Shown here piece after piece: positions 37,350 through 47,378 of a stretch of 52,037 nucleotides of DNA (positions are counted from its first letter, which is position 1; each line of letters begins with the position of its first letter). Location of the stretch: positions 1-52,037 of IMG/VR virus record IMGVR_UViG_3300049856_000052; one strand, 5' to 3'. The DNA is from a virus. Taxonomy: Duplodnaviria > Caudoviricetes. The position numbers and the translations under genes are program-made. Below the pieces are notes generated by a model. It ran no database searches. It was not told where the DNA came from and worked only from the letters and a program-made list of their open reading frames with translations.

Positions 37350-39602
37350 ATGAGATTTCTTCTCTTTTATCTTCTTTCAGCAATAGGTTTGGCGGCGCAA
37401 GCTACTAAACCTGTTCAAGTTTTTTCTACTAATGGTCTACTTCAATGGCCTTCTAATTTCTTTAGGACTAATATTTTAGCAGCAGGAGGAACTTCTCTCA
37501 GCTTTGATTCTTTTGGGCGGATGACCATATCAAGTATTTCAGGGAGTGGAACTAACACTCTTTTCCAAACAAATGGAGTTAACATAGCTTCTGCTGGCAC
37601 ACTTAATTTTGTTTCAGGATTGACAGGTTATGTAAGTGGTGTTAATGTTTTCATAGGAAATAGTGTAGCTGGAGGTGGTGATGTTACTACTGCTCAATTG
37701 TTAGTGGTTAGTAACCAAATGATTGCAAGTAGCAATTATTCTTTTACGGCAATAGGAGTGACTTCTAATAAGTTTCAGACTGATGTTAGCAATTTGCAAG
37801 GGGCAACAAATGGTTTGGCGGCACAAATCTTAGTTGTTAGTAATCAGCTTAATGTCGCAAGTAATAAGTTTCAAACTGACATAGTAAATCTACAGGGAGC
37901 TACTAATGGACTCGCCGCGCAAATCTTAGTTGTTAGTAACCAATTAAATGTTGCGAGCAATAAATTTAACACTGATGTTGGAAATCTGCAAGGAGCTACA
38001 AATGGATTACACACTAGGGTTGGTAATCTCGAAGGAGCTACCAATGGTCTTGATGCTTTGGTAAAGACTAAGCAACAAGGGTCTGCTCATTTGACTAATC
38101 TTTCGCTTAATCCTTACGTTCAATTTACAAACATAAATGCTTTCCAAGCTTCTAATAATACAATAACAACTTGGCTAGGAACTGGAGTATTAACTAACAT
38201 TGTTAATAATTCTACATCATGGCCAGCAGGACAATTTGGTTGGGTTGGAGTTTCTAATAATGGAGATGTCAGGATTAGGACCGTGAGTCAGGGAGCAAAT
38301 ATAACAATAACTGACCAAGGAACTAATTTAAGTTTTGCAGCAGCAGGTGGTGGAGCAACTCCCGGAGGTAATAGTGGGGCAATTCAATTTAATGAAACAG
38401 GAGTTTTTGCGGGGACTAATGAATTTAGATGGGATAGGACTAATGGTAATTTGTATGTAGTTGCTACATCAGCACCAAAAATATCTGTAGAAAAAGCGGG
38501 AGCTACGGGAGGCACTAATTCGATAACTCAAACAGGGATGCAGCATTATGACCCAGGTGCTGACCCTCAATTTGTTTTCTTTACTTCTTCTGGGCCTTCT
38601 GGTGGCGCTGCTGGTGGTTTTACTATTTACACAAATCGAGTAGTTCCTACTGCTACTAATCATCTTGATTTAGGCAGTTTCATCTTTCCTTGGCGAAATG
38701 CCTATGCTGAATCAGTGCAAGCAAATGATTACATAAGTCTAGGAACTAACTTAAACAGTTTGACTAAAATCAAAGCTGCAAACTTCAATTGGAAACCTAC
38801 TAATACTTTTGTATTTACTGTAACAAACCCAACAGCAGGACAAGTCTTAAAGTTTAATTCTGTTTCTTATGCTGCTGGTGTTGCAACAGTAATCCTAACT
38901 AATGATGTGGATTCAACAGGTGGCTTGGCTACCAATGCTAACCAATTTGGAGCAAGTGTAACACTCACACTAAAAGACTATCCTTACACCACAAACATGA
39001 CAGACTTCGCGACGAGTCGTGTCAACAGTATCATAGTTTCAAATAACTCTTATGTGTTTGTAGGAGCGGTTTCTAACTTATTTACCACTAATGCAACAAC
39101 AAGGCTTGGAAGTTCCACAAGTAATTCTTGGATAGGTGGCCGAGTTTATGTTGACATAAACAAAAGAACAAACTTACCTTCTGCTACAATTTGGACAAAT
39201 CTTGCAGTATTCACAGTTCCTGCTCATTCATTAACAAACAATGGTGATACCATAACGGCTGATTGGGTTGGTAATATGTTAAGTGGGACTAATAAGTTTT
39301 TTGTGGGCTATGGTTCTATCACTAATGTGTTGGATTTAACTGGTTTAACTAATGGCCATCCTTTGGCGAGTTGGAATCTTAAACTTCGTATTATTAGAAC
39401 AGCAAGCACAGAACAACGAGTATTTGCAGAATGGCAAACATCTCCCGGATTTGGTATTCAGTATTTCTATACTAATCGAGTGGTTACATTAACAGAAACT
39501 AATGGTATTGACACTTTAATTCGATTGCAGTGTTCAGCTAATAAGTTTGGTAGTATCACTAATGATTTCATGTCTGTAACATTTGAACCGGGGCCTCGTT
39601 AA
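37350..39602 (+). CDS. Fibre-like protein with signal peptide and 32-aa coiled-coil repeats
   Basis: MRFLLFYLLSAIGLAAQA; repeats of SNKFQTD..NLQGATNGLAAQILVVSNQLNVA at about 37760-38010; PGG..G.IQFN..G.F.G and DLGS...PW fibre motifs. Confidence 0.75.
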   Translation: MRFLLFYLLSAIGLAAQATKPVQVFSTNGLLQWPSNFFRTNILAAGGTSLSFDSFGRMTISSISGSGTNTLFQTNGVNIASAGTLNFVSGLTGYVSGVNVFIGNSVAGGGDVTTAQLLVVSNQMIASSNYSFTAIGVTSNKFQTDVSNLQGATNGLAAQILVVSNQLNVASNKFQTDIVNLQGATNGLAAQILVVSNQLNVASNKFNTDVGNLQGATNGLHTRVGNLEGATNGLDALVKTKQQGSAHLTNLSLNPYVQFTNINAFQASNNTITTWLGTGVLTNIVNNSTSWPAGQFGWVGVSNNGDVRIRTVSQGANITITDQGTNLSFAAAGGGATPGGNSGAIQFNETGVFAGTNEFRWDRTNGNLYVVATSAPKISVEKAGATGGTNSITQTGMQHYDPGADPQFVFFTSSGPSGGAAGGFTIYTNRVVPTATNHLDLGSFIFPWRNAYAESVQANDYISLGTNLNSLTKIKAANFNWKPTNTFVFTVTNPTAGQVLKFNSVSYAAGVATVILTNDVDSTGGLATNANQFGASVTLTLKDYPYTTNMTDFATSRVNSIIVSNNSYVFVGAVSNLFTTNATTRLGSSTSNSWIGGRVYVDINKRTNLPSATIWTNLAVFTVPAHSLTNNGDTITADWVGNMLSGTNKFFVGYGSITNVLDLTGLTNGHPLASWNLKLRIIRTASTEQRVFAEWQTSPGFGIQYFYTNRVVTLTETNGIDTLIRLQCSANKFGSITNDFMSVTFEPGPR

Positions 39603-39607
39603 TAATT

Positions 39608-39880
39608 ATGAAAACTGCTTGGGAAACTATTGTAGCATTTAAGTTGGTTTGGTTTAGAGTTGCTTGTTATTTTCTTATTCCTTTTCTTGACACTGCTTAC
39701 GAGCAATTCAAAGATTGGAATGGATTACTTTGGGACACTGCTCATTGGTTTGATATTACTATTAAGTTTGTGTATTCATTGAAGTTTGGTTTGTATTCCT
39801 TAATCGCTTTTGTTGACCAGAGTTTATCAAGAGCTAGGGATCATGCTGAGAATAAAAAAGAGAATAAGATTGGCACGTAA
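39608..39880 (+). CDS. Small membrane protein, possible holin
   Basis: Two hydrophobic segments and a charged C-terminus. Confidence 0.45.
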   Translation: MKTAWETIVAFKLVWFRVACYFLIPFLDTAYEQFKDWNGLLWDTAHWFDITIKFVYSLKFGLYSLIAFVDQSLSRARDHAENKKENKIGT

Positions 39881-39886
39881 AATGCT
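39870..39886 (+). promoter_or_regulatory. sigma54 (-24/-12) promoter of the tail/ejection operon
   Basis: TTGGCACGTAAAATGCT across the stop of the previous gene, 22 bp before ATG 39909. Confidence 0.75.
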
Positions 39887-39908
39887 ATAAGAAAGTAGTT
39901 CTAAATAT

Positions 39909-41084
39909 ATGGCACGCGATACTTGGCAAACGCTTAGGAGAGCAATAAGGATAGGTAAGAAGCGTAAAACGCTTACGATACCTGCGGCGAGCTATAATTG
40001 TTTTGAAAACAAAGGAAGTCTAAAGAATATCTCAGGTTCAACTACAGATATTACAGTAAGTAGTCCTAATGCAATTTTTAATCTTACAGCTGCTTTAACA
40101 ATAGAATGTTGGCTAAAACCAGATAATGTTCCGGGAGGACCAGTTGCTACTATCCTAGGGTATGATTCTCAGTATTTTTTCCAGTATCTAAATACTGGAA
40201 AGCTTCGTGCAACATTTGCTAAAGGCGGCGCGCAAGTTTTTAACTCCTCTTTAAGTCTTGGGTTTGGTGCTTGGAATCATATTTGTCTTACGTGGGATGG
40301 AACAACTGTTTATCTTTTTGTCAATGGTGTAAGAGATTCTACGACATTAGCTCTTGCAGCATCGTTGGATGCAGTAGGAGCTTCTTTACAAGGCTTAGGC
40401 GGTGGCTTTTCATCAATGACTGGTGCAGAACTTAAAGTTTGGAATAGAGCTTTAACTTATGACGAAGTAATTGAGAAATACAATAAGCCCAGAAGTTTTG
40501 GGGTAACTGGTATTGATTCAGGTTTAGTTGGATATTGGAAATTTAATGAAGGCAGTGGAGCTTCAGTTGCAAATAAAGTCGTTGCATATCCTTCGTCTTT
40601 TGCTATTGCTGGAAGTTCTCATACGTGGAATACAACAGATTACCCCCCTCTAATCTATGGAGCCTCCTTCGTAATAGCACAAACAGACATAACCCTCTCT
40701 AAATCAGTATCTCTAATCTTCCCCAAGAAAGCTCCCTCTGGGCTTACTGGGCAATTTTGTGTAACCTGGACGGATGATAATGGTGTTTATCAGCGGCGCA
40801 AACTTTGGACTACAGTTGGTGCAGACATCAATCCAACTCTTGTTGCATATTCAGGGGAGAAGTTAAACTCTCCTTTCCGCTTAGAGCTTTGGAACATTGA
40901 CGGAAACCAAACTGTAGTTATTCCAACTTCTCTAGTCTTTGAAGTTTCTGATTGTTCTAATCCTACATCTAGTGTGGATGTTGCGCAAGATGCGGCAGCA
41001 ACAGTTGTTGTTGATACAACATTGGCTCAAACTTTTCCTTTAACTCCGTTTCCGCTGACGTTTAATACTCAGCAAACTTATTAA
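39909..41084 (+). CDS. LamG/concanavalin A-like domain virion protein
   Basis: TIECWLKP, WNHICLTWDG...LFVNG, ELKVWNRALT and GLVGYWKFNEGSG. Confidence 0.85.
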   Translation: MARDTWQTLRRAIRIGKKRKTLTIPAASYNCFENKGSLKNISGSTTDITVSSPNAIFNLTAALTIECWLKPDNVPGGPVATILGYDSQYFFQYLNTGKLRATFAKGGAQVFNSSLSLGFGAWNHICLTWDGTTVYLFVNGVRDSTTLALAASLDAVGASLQGLGGGFSSMTGAELKVWNRALTYDEVIEKYNKPRSFGVTGIDSGLVGYWKFNEGSGASVANKVVAYPSSFAIAGSSHTWNTTDYPPLIYGASFVIAQTDITLSKSVSLIFPKKAPSGLTGQFCVTWTDDNGVYQRRKLWTTVGADINPTLVAYSGEKLNSPFRLELWNIDGNQTVVIPTSLVFEVSDCSNPTSSVDVAQDAAATVVVDTTLAQTFPLTPFPLTFNTQQTY

Positions 41085-41135
41085 AAACTATGCAAGATAT
41101 AGTAAACTTAAACTTTAAGCAGGAGGATAAATAAC

Positions 41136-42218
41136 GTGGCTGTTCAATATGACGTAAATGCTGGTTTAGATATTAGCGCACTTTCAAGTGTATCACAAGC
41201 ACAGTTGATGCAAATGGTGCAGCAACTAGCACCTCTTTCTAATATCGGTGGCGTTCTCTTTCAAAGCACCACTCCTGATGTTGCAAATAATGCTCGGTTT
41301 GCTCGCTACTTGTGGCTTGATTCTACCACGAATCCTCCAGTCCCTAAGTATTACAACTCTGGCACGCTTACTTGGACAGCAGTTTCTGTATCAGCATTGA
41401 GCATTACTAATGCTGAAATCGCAGCAGCAGCGGCTATTGCAATTACTAAACTTGCAGTAGGAACTGCTCGTTATGTTTTCAGGACTAATGCTGCCGGAAC
41501 CGCAAATGAACTTGTCACTCCTGCTAGTATTTTTAATTCTGATGAACTTGGAGTAGTAAAGCTTACGTCTAATGGCGGCACAGATGGCTATCTAAAATCA
41601 AGCGGTGGTGTCACAGGTTGGGTAAGTAATACAACTGAGCGTGCCGCCATTGCAGCAGCATTGAGTGGACTGAGTCCTACTGTATTGACTCCCGGAAGTA
41701 ACAATACTCTTCTTGGAACTAACGGTGCAGGAGCAGTTGGGTTTGCAGCAATTGGAAGTATTCTTTCAAATAATGCTATTGGCCTAAATTTGTTGGCAGG
41801 TGGTGGTGGAACTTCCGGCGATATTCTAAAATTTGATGGAAGTAATTGGGTAAAAGTAACCCCGAGCATTAAAAATTATGATGGAATTGCTATCAATAGC
41901 GGAACCATTAGTGGTTCAAATATTGCTACAAAAATTCATACTATTCCACATGGACTTGGAAGTATTCCAAAACTTGTTCATGTTCGCATGCGAATGACAA
42001 ATGCTGTTGCTGATATTGGGTATAATCAGAACGATGAAGTAGATATTCTTGGATATGCTACTACATCTCAGAATGTTCAAGTTACTTTTTGCGTAGATGC
42101 AACTAATGTTACTGTTCTGCTTCATACAACTACTGGTTTGCTTCCAGATAAAGCAGTAGGAACTTACGCTGGTATTGATGAAACTAAGTGGTTTCCAGTT
42201 GTATACGCTTGGAAATAA
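41136..42218 (+). CDS. Tail fibre-like protein
   Basis: ITNAEI...AAI..KL and GDILKFDG.NW fibre motifs; C-terminal HGLG..P domain. Confidence 0.65.
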   Translation: MAVQYDVNAGLDISALSSVSQAQLMQMVQQLAPLSNIGGVLFQSTTPDVANNARFARYLWLDSTTNPPVPKYYNSGTLTWTAVSVSALSITNAEIAAAAAIAITKLAVGTARYVFRTNAAGTANELVTPASIFNSDELGVVKLTSNGGTDGYLKSSGGVTGWVSNTTERAAIAAALSGLSPTVLTPGSNNTLLGTNGAGAVGFAAIGSILSNNAIGLNLLAGGGGTSGDILKFDGSNWVKVTPSIKNYDGIAINSGTISGSNIATKIHTIPHGLGSIPKLVHVRMRMTNAVADIGYNQNDEVDILGYATTSQNVQVTFCVDATNVTVLLHTTTGLLPDKAVGTYAGIDETKWFPVVYAWK

Positions 42219-42227
42219 TTTATTCTT

Positions 42228-43187
42228 ATGCCTCTCTTAGATATTCTAACAGACATAGCGATGGAGGTCGGAAAGACAAATTCCGACGCTGAAAAGCAGG
42301 CACGCATCTATAGACTAAACAAGGCCGCCAAAGAAATCTATAACACTATCGACGCGGAAGAATGTCTTCGAGAAGAAGTGTTTGATTTTGCAGTAGATTC
42401 ACAACAAGTAGCTCTTCCTCCTTATATTGGACGAGTTCGCGGAATGAGATTTTATGATGGACGACAAGCAATCTCCCTTGATGACATCCGAAACCGATAT
42501 AACTTTAACTTCTCAGGAGAGAATGAACTCTGGTATTTGCAATGGAGAAAGAAAGAATCCAAAGCACTTGCTCGCGAAATTAGTAATCAATCAATTCTCC
42601 TTCTCTCAATTCCAGTTGCCGATACGATTGAGTTCACAGTTACGGTAACAGGTAAGACAGATAAGAGTGAACGGATTAGTGAAACACTCACTTTCGCTAT
42701 CGGCGACCTCGAACATGAAACTACTGAGAATTTTGTGGAGGTTGAATCAATAGTTAAGAGTAAGATTACTAAGTATAACGTCTCAGTCTATGACGTGGAA
42801 GACAACTTCATGGGAGAAGTTCTGAATTCAGAATATAAGTCTGAATATCAAATTTATCAAGTTGCTGACACAGATAACTTTACGGATGACAATTTCATTG
42901 ATGGAGTTGAAGTCTGGTTTAAGTATAAACTCCAACCGTTCCGTTACGACCAAGATTGTTTCTTGGGAACAGATAAGTTTGATGACGCAATTTACTGGAA
43001 ATACATGGAGCAAACTTCTAAGAAACTAGAAGATGCTATGTCTTTTCAGAAGAAGTGCTCACAAGTTTTGACTCAAATCTTTCAGAATGACCAAGCTGGT
43101 CAAAGAACTAAGATTAACTTTAAGCCTAACGCTTTCCTAAACTTACCATACAATAATGCAGGGCGATTCAATAGAACAAGGACCTAG
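42228..43187 (+). CDS. Probable tail adaptor (tubular protein A-like)
   Basis: Size, LN.A...I motif and position before the nozzle-like gene. Confidence 0.55.
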   Translation: MPLLDILTDIAMEVGKTNSDAEKQARIYRLNKAAKEIYNTIDAEECLREEVFDFAVDSQQVALPPYIGRVRGMRFYDGRQAISLDDIRNRYNFNFSGENELWYLQWRKKESKALAREISNQSILLLSIPVADTIEFTVTVTGKTDKSERISETLTFAIGDLEHETTENFVEVESIVKSKITKYNVSVYDVEDNFMGEVLNSEYKSEYQIYQVADTDNFTDDNFIDGVEVWFKYKLQPFRYDQDCFLGTDKFDDAIYWKYMEQTSKKLEDAMSFQKKCSQVLTQIFQNDQAGQRTKINFKPNAFLNLPYNNAGRFNRTRT

Positions 43188-44919
43188 TCCTGTAAAAGTT
43201 AGCTTTCAGTATAGCGACTTCTCCGGAGGTATGTGCAGGAATGTGAATCCTGCTAACATCGGAGATAGCGAATACGCATTGCTAATCAATGGAAGGAATC
43301 GTTATGGAAGTCTTTCTCCTATTAAGGGAGTAACTGATAAGACTTCGGATTTTCCTGTTGATGACAGATACTTCCAAGGAATTTACGCGTTTGATAGTAT
43401 TGTAATTGTGTTTGCTCTTGGAAAAGCTTACGTAAGAGACTTTGCTACAGGGACTAATTTCCAAAGAGTTCCGGGAGTTTATCTTAGTGAGACAGCAGAG
43501 ACAATTTATGCAGAAGCTGTTCCCGCTTCTTGGATGAATTTGCAAAGGAAGTTGGAAGATGGAGAATCAGTGACTGGAGACATGGCTTTCTACTCAGAAA
43601 TTTTTGGAACTCCTTCTGCTATTATTTGTCAAGACGGTTCTTCTCGTCCTTATCTGATTTTTTCAGTTGGTTCAGCAAGACTTGCTAAAACTTTAAGTGA
43701 TTGGAATAACATTGAACTTAGTGGTGTTGATAAAAGAGAGTATGTTCCAGTTGGGAAACAGATGTTTTACTCTTCTGATGGAATTCTCTATATGGTGTCC
43801 GCAGATGGTAAAGAGATTTATCGTTCTGTGACAGGACGCCCTCTTGATTTTGTGGTAGCTGTTGATACAAATGGAGATAAGCTCCCAGCTTTGACCTCTG
43901 GAAAAGACGAAGCAAGCAGGCTTTCTTACAAAGTTGATTTCTCTGCTATTACTGCGATTAAAGGAATTGGAGCGCGGCCCAGAACAGATACTGAGGGAGA
44001 AGGATTCTATGTTAGCACTAGAAAGAAGTCTTGGATTGTGTATCCTGATTTTCTTTCTACAGTATTTGGGGAACCAACATTCTCTAATCAGGGTTTGTTC
44101 TCTACTGGTGCTCTTAATCAATTCTCTATTGTTGACATCTTAGGTGATACTGCTCTTATTACTGAATCAGGAATTACGAGTTTTAATAGTGTTCAGCAAG
44201 TAGCGGTAGAAGGGAAGAACGCTCCTTTCCATGATAAGATTTTCAAGTTGTTTGAATTGAATGGAGAACCAATTATTCAAACTGTAACAGCCACAATCAA
44301 TACAGACAACTATGCTTTCTTTGCGGTAGAGACAGTTTATGGTGCTGGTGTGTTAGTGTATGATACATTGCGTAAGCAATATACGTCATTGGACATTTAT
44401 CCAGAACTCACAGGAAACATTAAACAGTTCGCAGAAGTTAAAGTTAGTGGACAGCGTTTTGTTTATTTGATTACTGCTACTCAATTTGTTGAGATGTTCA
44501 CTGGAGAACTACTTCAAATGTCCGCTTATTTGAAAGAAGTAGAAGCTGAAACAGTGGAGAAAGAGTTGATTCCTAGACGAGTGAGAGTGGTGCTGGAAAA
44601 CATTGAAGAAGATGGAGAACTTGTTGTTACTACATTCACTGATTCTAAGGCTGGAGAAGTGATGACTCGTAACTTTACTTTCAATTCAGTGCCGCCGACG
44701 AGTCCTCTTACTTTACCTTTCGGAGACACCACTATTGATAATGTGGCTAATAAGACATTTGATATAACCACTCCTTGTAAGGGAGATAGAATTGGTTTGT
44801 GGATTCAGCTAACGGGTCGCGCTGATATTCACAAAGTTGAAATTATTTGTGACACTGAACACAAGAAAGTATCTCAACAAGATGCAGCTGAAATCTTCGC
44901 AGAAGCAAAGTCTCTTTGA
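43156..44919 (+). CDS. Probable tail nozzle / stabilisation protein (tubular protein B-like)
   Basis: N-terminal DFSGG...N.R motif; beta-rich, 587 aa. Confidence 0.65.
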   Translation: MQGDSIEQGPSPVKVSFQYSDFSGGMCRNVNPANIGDSEYALLINGRNRYGSLSPIKGVTDKTSDFPVDDRYFQGIYAFDSIVIVFALGKAYVRDFATGTNFQRVPGVYLSETAETIYAEAVPASWMNLQRKLEDGESVTGDMAFYSEIFGTPSAIICQDGSSRPYLIFSVGSARLAKTLSDWNNIELSGVDKREYVPVGKQMFYSSDGILYMVSADGKEIYRSVTGRPLDFVVAVDTNGDKLPALTSGKDEASRLSYKVDFSAITAIKGIGARPRTDTEGEGFYVSTRKKSWIVYPDFLSTVFGEPTFSNQGLFSTGALNQFSIVDILGDTALITESGITSFNSVQQVAVEGKNAPFHDKIFKLFELNGEPIIQTVTATINTDNYAFFAVETVYGAGVLVYDTLRKQYTSLDIYPELTGNIKQFAEVKVSGQRFVYLITATQFVEMFTGELLQMSAYLKEVEAETVEKELIPRRVRVVLENIEEDGELVVTTFTDSKAGEVMTRNFTFNSVPPTSPLTLPFGDTTIDNVANKTFDITTPCKGDRIGLWIQLTGRADIHKVEIICDTEHKKVSQQDAAEIFAEAKSL

Positions 44920-45223
44920 TTTTATTCTTTCTTCTAATGTTCCTGAGTGGGACAAGAAGAGTTTAGTCTTGAATGAATTGGCTGAATGTGAAGTTTTTGT
45001 AGAAACTACTTCAAATCAAATCAGTGGATGTCTTCTGGTGAAGAAAGTTTCTGAGAAAAATTATCACTGTTCTCTTGTAATAGCAAAATCTAAAAGTGCT
45101 TTCAAGAATTTAGCAAAAGCTTTTCGAGATAAATTTCCTTCTTGTGAGGTTACTACAGCTTTGAGAAAAGGAAAAGAAATTAAATACAGTAGGTCAATAA
45201 TCAACAAAGTTTCAAATATATGA
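44837..45223 (+). CDS. Small protein at the T7 gp13 / P22 gp14-like position (start uncertain)
   Basis: Synteny only: lies between the nozzle and ejection genes. Confidence 0.4.
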   Translation: MKLFVTLNTRKYLNKMQLKSSQKQSLFDFILSSNVPEWDKKSLVLNELAECEVFVETTSNQISGCLLVKKVSEKNYHCSLVIAKSKSAFKNLAKAFRDKFPSCEVTTALRKGKEIKYSRSIINKVSNI

Positions 45224-46296
45224 GTGACGCAATCGGAAGTAGAGTTGGAAGTAAAGCTCCTAATGCTTCAAAACAAACTAGGCAAACGCTTCAAGCCTTA
45301 ACTAGATACGGCCCAGATTATCTTAAGACAATTCAAGGAATGTCTGAGGAGCTAACTCCCAGACAAAATAAACTTGATTATGACCAATATTCCCAATTTG
45401 CTCCTTTGTTCTCAAAGTTAGGAGCAGAAGACCAAGTTCGAGGAATATCAAATGACAATGCTGCAATAAATTCTGGAGGGCGAGAATTAGCCAATCAAGC
45501 TTTTAAGCTAGAAAGAGAAGCTTCTCCAGAGTGGGCCGCAAGCATGGGAACTGCTAATAGGGGTTATCAAGATTTAATTGGCGGCATGGACCCTAATAAA
45601 CTTTCAGGCGCAGAAATGGCAAATACAGAGCGCGGCGTCAATAGGTTAAACGCTAGAACTGGAAATCTTAATGTGGGAGATTCTACTACCACAGCTGCTA
45701 ATGCCATGACTTTTGGAGGCGCACTTGACCAAAAGCGACAAAATTTCTCAAATGCTCTCAACTTGTTCCCGGGGATTGCTTCACAATCTAGGTCTAATGT
45801 TGATGGTTTTAGTATTGCAACTGGAAAAGGAAATCAAAATACTGGATTGAATCAATATAAAAATCCTTCTTCTCAATTCAGCCAACAAGGTTCTCAATTA
45901 GGAGCACAAATCTCAGGAGGGCAGCAAGCAGGACAAGCTCAGAATATGAGTAGAAAAACAGTTGACCAAAGTTCTCATGATGCAATGGGTAGTTGCATGG
46001 GTTGTTATATTTTTAAGGAAGTTTATGGCTTTCCAGATGCTCCTGACTATATTCGTTGGTGCAGAGATTTCTATTATCAGAAAGACAAGAGTATTGCTAA
46101 AGGCTACAGAAAGATGTCATATTGGCTTGTTCCAATGATGCAGAAAAATAAGTTGATTAAATTTCTAGCAACTTATTGTATTGTATTTCCTCTTGCTGGA
46201 TATGGACAGTATCTTACTGGATATAAAACTTGGACTAAAGTGTTCAAGCCTGTTGCGAAATTTTGGTTAAAAGTTTGGAACATGACTGGAAAATAA
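45220..46296 (+). CDS. Probable ejection protein with CFI-box-like C-terminal domain
   Basis: Gln/Gly/Ala-rich body followed by GCYIFKEVYG...R..RD...GY...LVP. Confidence 0.6.
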   Translation: MSDAIGSRVGSKAPNASKQTRQTLQALTRYGPDYLKTIQGMSEELTPRQNKLDYDQYSQFAPLFSKLGAEDQVRGISNDNAAINSGGRELANQAFKLEREASPEWAASMGTANRGYQDLIGGMDPNKLSGAEMANTERGVNRLNARTGNLNVGDSTTTAANAMTFGGALDQKRQNFSNALNLFPGIASQSRSNVDGFSIATGKGNQNTGLNQYKNPSSQFSQQGSQLGAQISGGQQAGQAQNMSRKTVDQSSHDAMGSCMGCYIFKEVYGFPDAPDYIRWCRDFYYQKDKSIAKGYRKMSYWLVPMMQKNKLIKFLATYCIVFPLAGYGQYLTGYKTWTKVFKPVAKFWLKVWNMTGK

Positions 46297-46299
46297 TTT

Positions 46300-47370
46300 A
46301 TGAGTGGAATGTCTATAATTCAACAGATTCTCCGAAAAAATCAAGAAGATGAATATCGGATGCAAGATTTTGCACAAAGAGATAAAGAAGGAAAGGAAGC
46401 TCGCCAGCATGAATTTGATAAACTTTTTACTCAAGAAGCTTTAGGGGAAGACAAAGAAACTCGTGCTACAGCTACCACAAAAGAGCTTGCTAAATTTGAG
46501 AAAGAACTAAATCTCTCTTATGCTGATAAAGAAGCAACTGCTGCTGCGCTAAAAGCAACTCTCGCTCACTATGCCGCATTAGGAATTCCTCCTGAGCAAG
46601 CTGCTAGTATATACGAAGAGACTAAAAAAGCTCATTTGGCAGAACTTGCTCAGAAGACTCAAGAGGCTAACACCGGCCAAGAAGGAAGCCGTCAAAAGAA
46701 TGAAATTCAGAAAGCAACATTTCCTAAAGAGCTTTCTCGCTTAGTAACAGAAGCTTCTACACAAGAAGGAGAAGCTAAGATTAAGCATGACCAGCTAAAC
46801 TCTCCTGACTTTCAAAACACGAGGACAGCCGCATTTCGTTCAGCATACTTAAAGCCTATTGCTGAACTTGGAAATCTTACTAAACATGAAGTGAGTCCCG
46901 GAAGTCTTGTTCGCCGCCAGGCTTCTACTGACCCTTATGTCGCTCTCTTTAATCCTCCTATGACAGGAGTCGGTGGAATGAGTGGAGAGACTACTGTTAT
47001 AAAGAATTTTGGGGGTATGCAATTCCCAGAAACACAGAGAACTTTCACTCCGGGTAAACTTAATTTCGGCTCAGAAGAATTTAAGGTTAACCCTGAAGAT
47101 TTGTTTCCGAATGGAGTAAGCACTCAACCTACTCCGAAAACTCCTCAGCCTAGGATTAGTGAACTGCAAAGACCTTCTGCGGTTCAAGGAACTAATTTGG
47201 AAGAGAATTTAATGAACCAGTTGGGCTTGGATAAAAATGTTATTAGCAGTCTTCTTCAAAGTTCTCCTGAACAAGAAGAACTAAAGAAACGAAGGCTCCA
47301 AGAAGAGAACTTTCAGAAAAATAGGCTTCGTAATTTAATTACTAATCCTCATAACACAAGAAACTACTAA
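46300..47370 (+). CDS. Probable ejection/internal virion protein
   Basis: Helical and charged; second of three genes in the ejection position. Confidence 0.55.
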   Translation: MSGMSIIQQILRKNQEDEYRMQDFAQRDKEGKEARQHEFDKLFTQEALGEDKETRATATTKELAKFEKELNLSYADKEATAAALKATLAHYAALGIPPEQAASIYEETKKAHLAELAQKTQEANTGQEGSRQKNEIQKATFPKELSRLVTEASTQEGEAKIKHDQLNSPDFQNTRTAAFRSAYLKPIAELGNLTKHEVSPGSLVRRQASTDPYVALFNPPMTGVGGMSGETTVIKNFGGMQFPETQRTFTPGKLNFGSEEFKVNPEDLFPNGVSTQPTPKTPQPRISELQRPSAVQGTNLEENLMNQLGLDKNVISSLLQSSPEQEELKKRRLQEENFQKNRLRNLITNPHNTRNY

Positions 47371-47378
47371 TCCTCTTT

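Noticed and set aside
37760-38050. 96-bp tandem repeats as a mobile or regulatory array
   Set aside because: In-frame coiled-coil repeats with many synonymous differences; a protein-level feature of the fibre.
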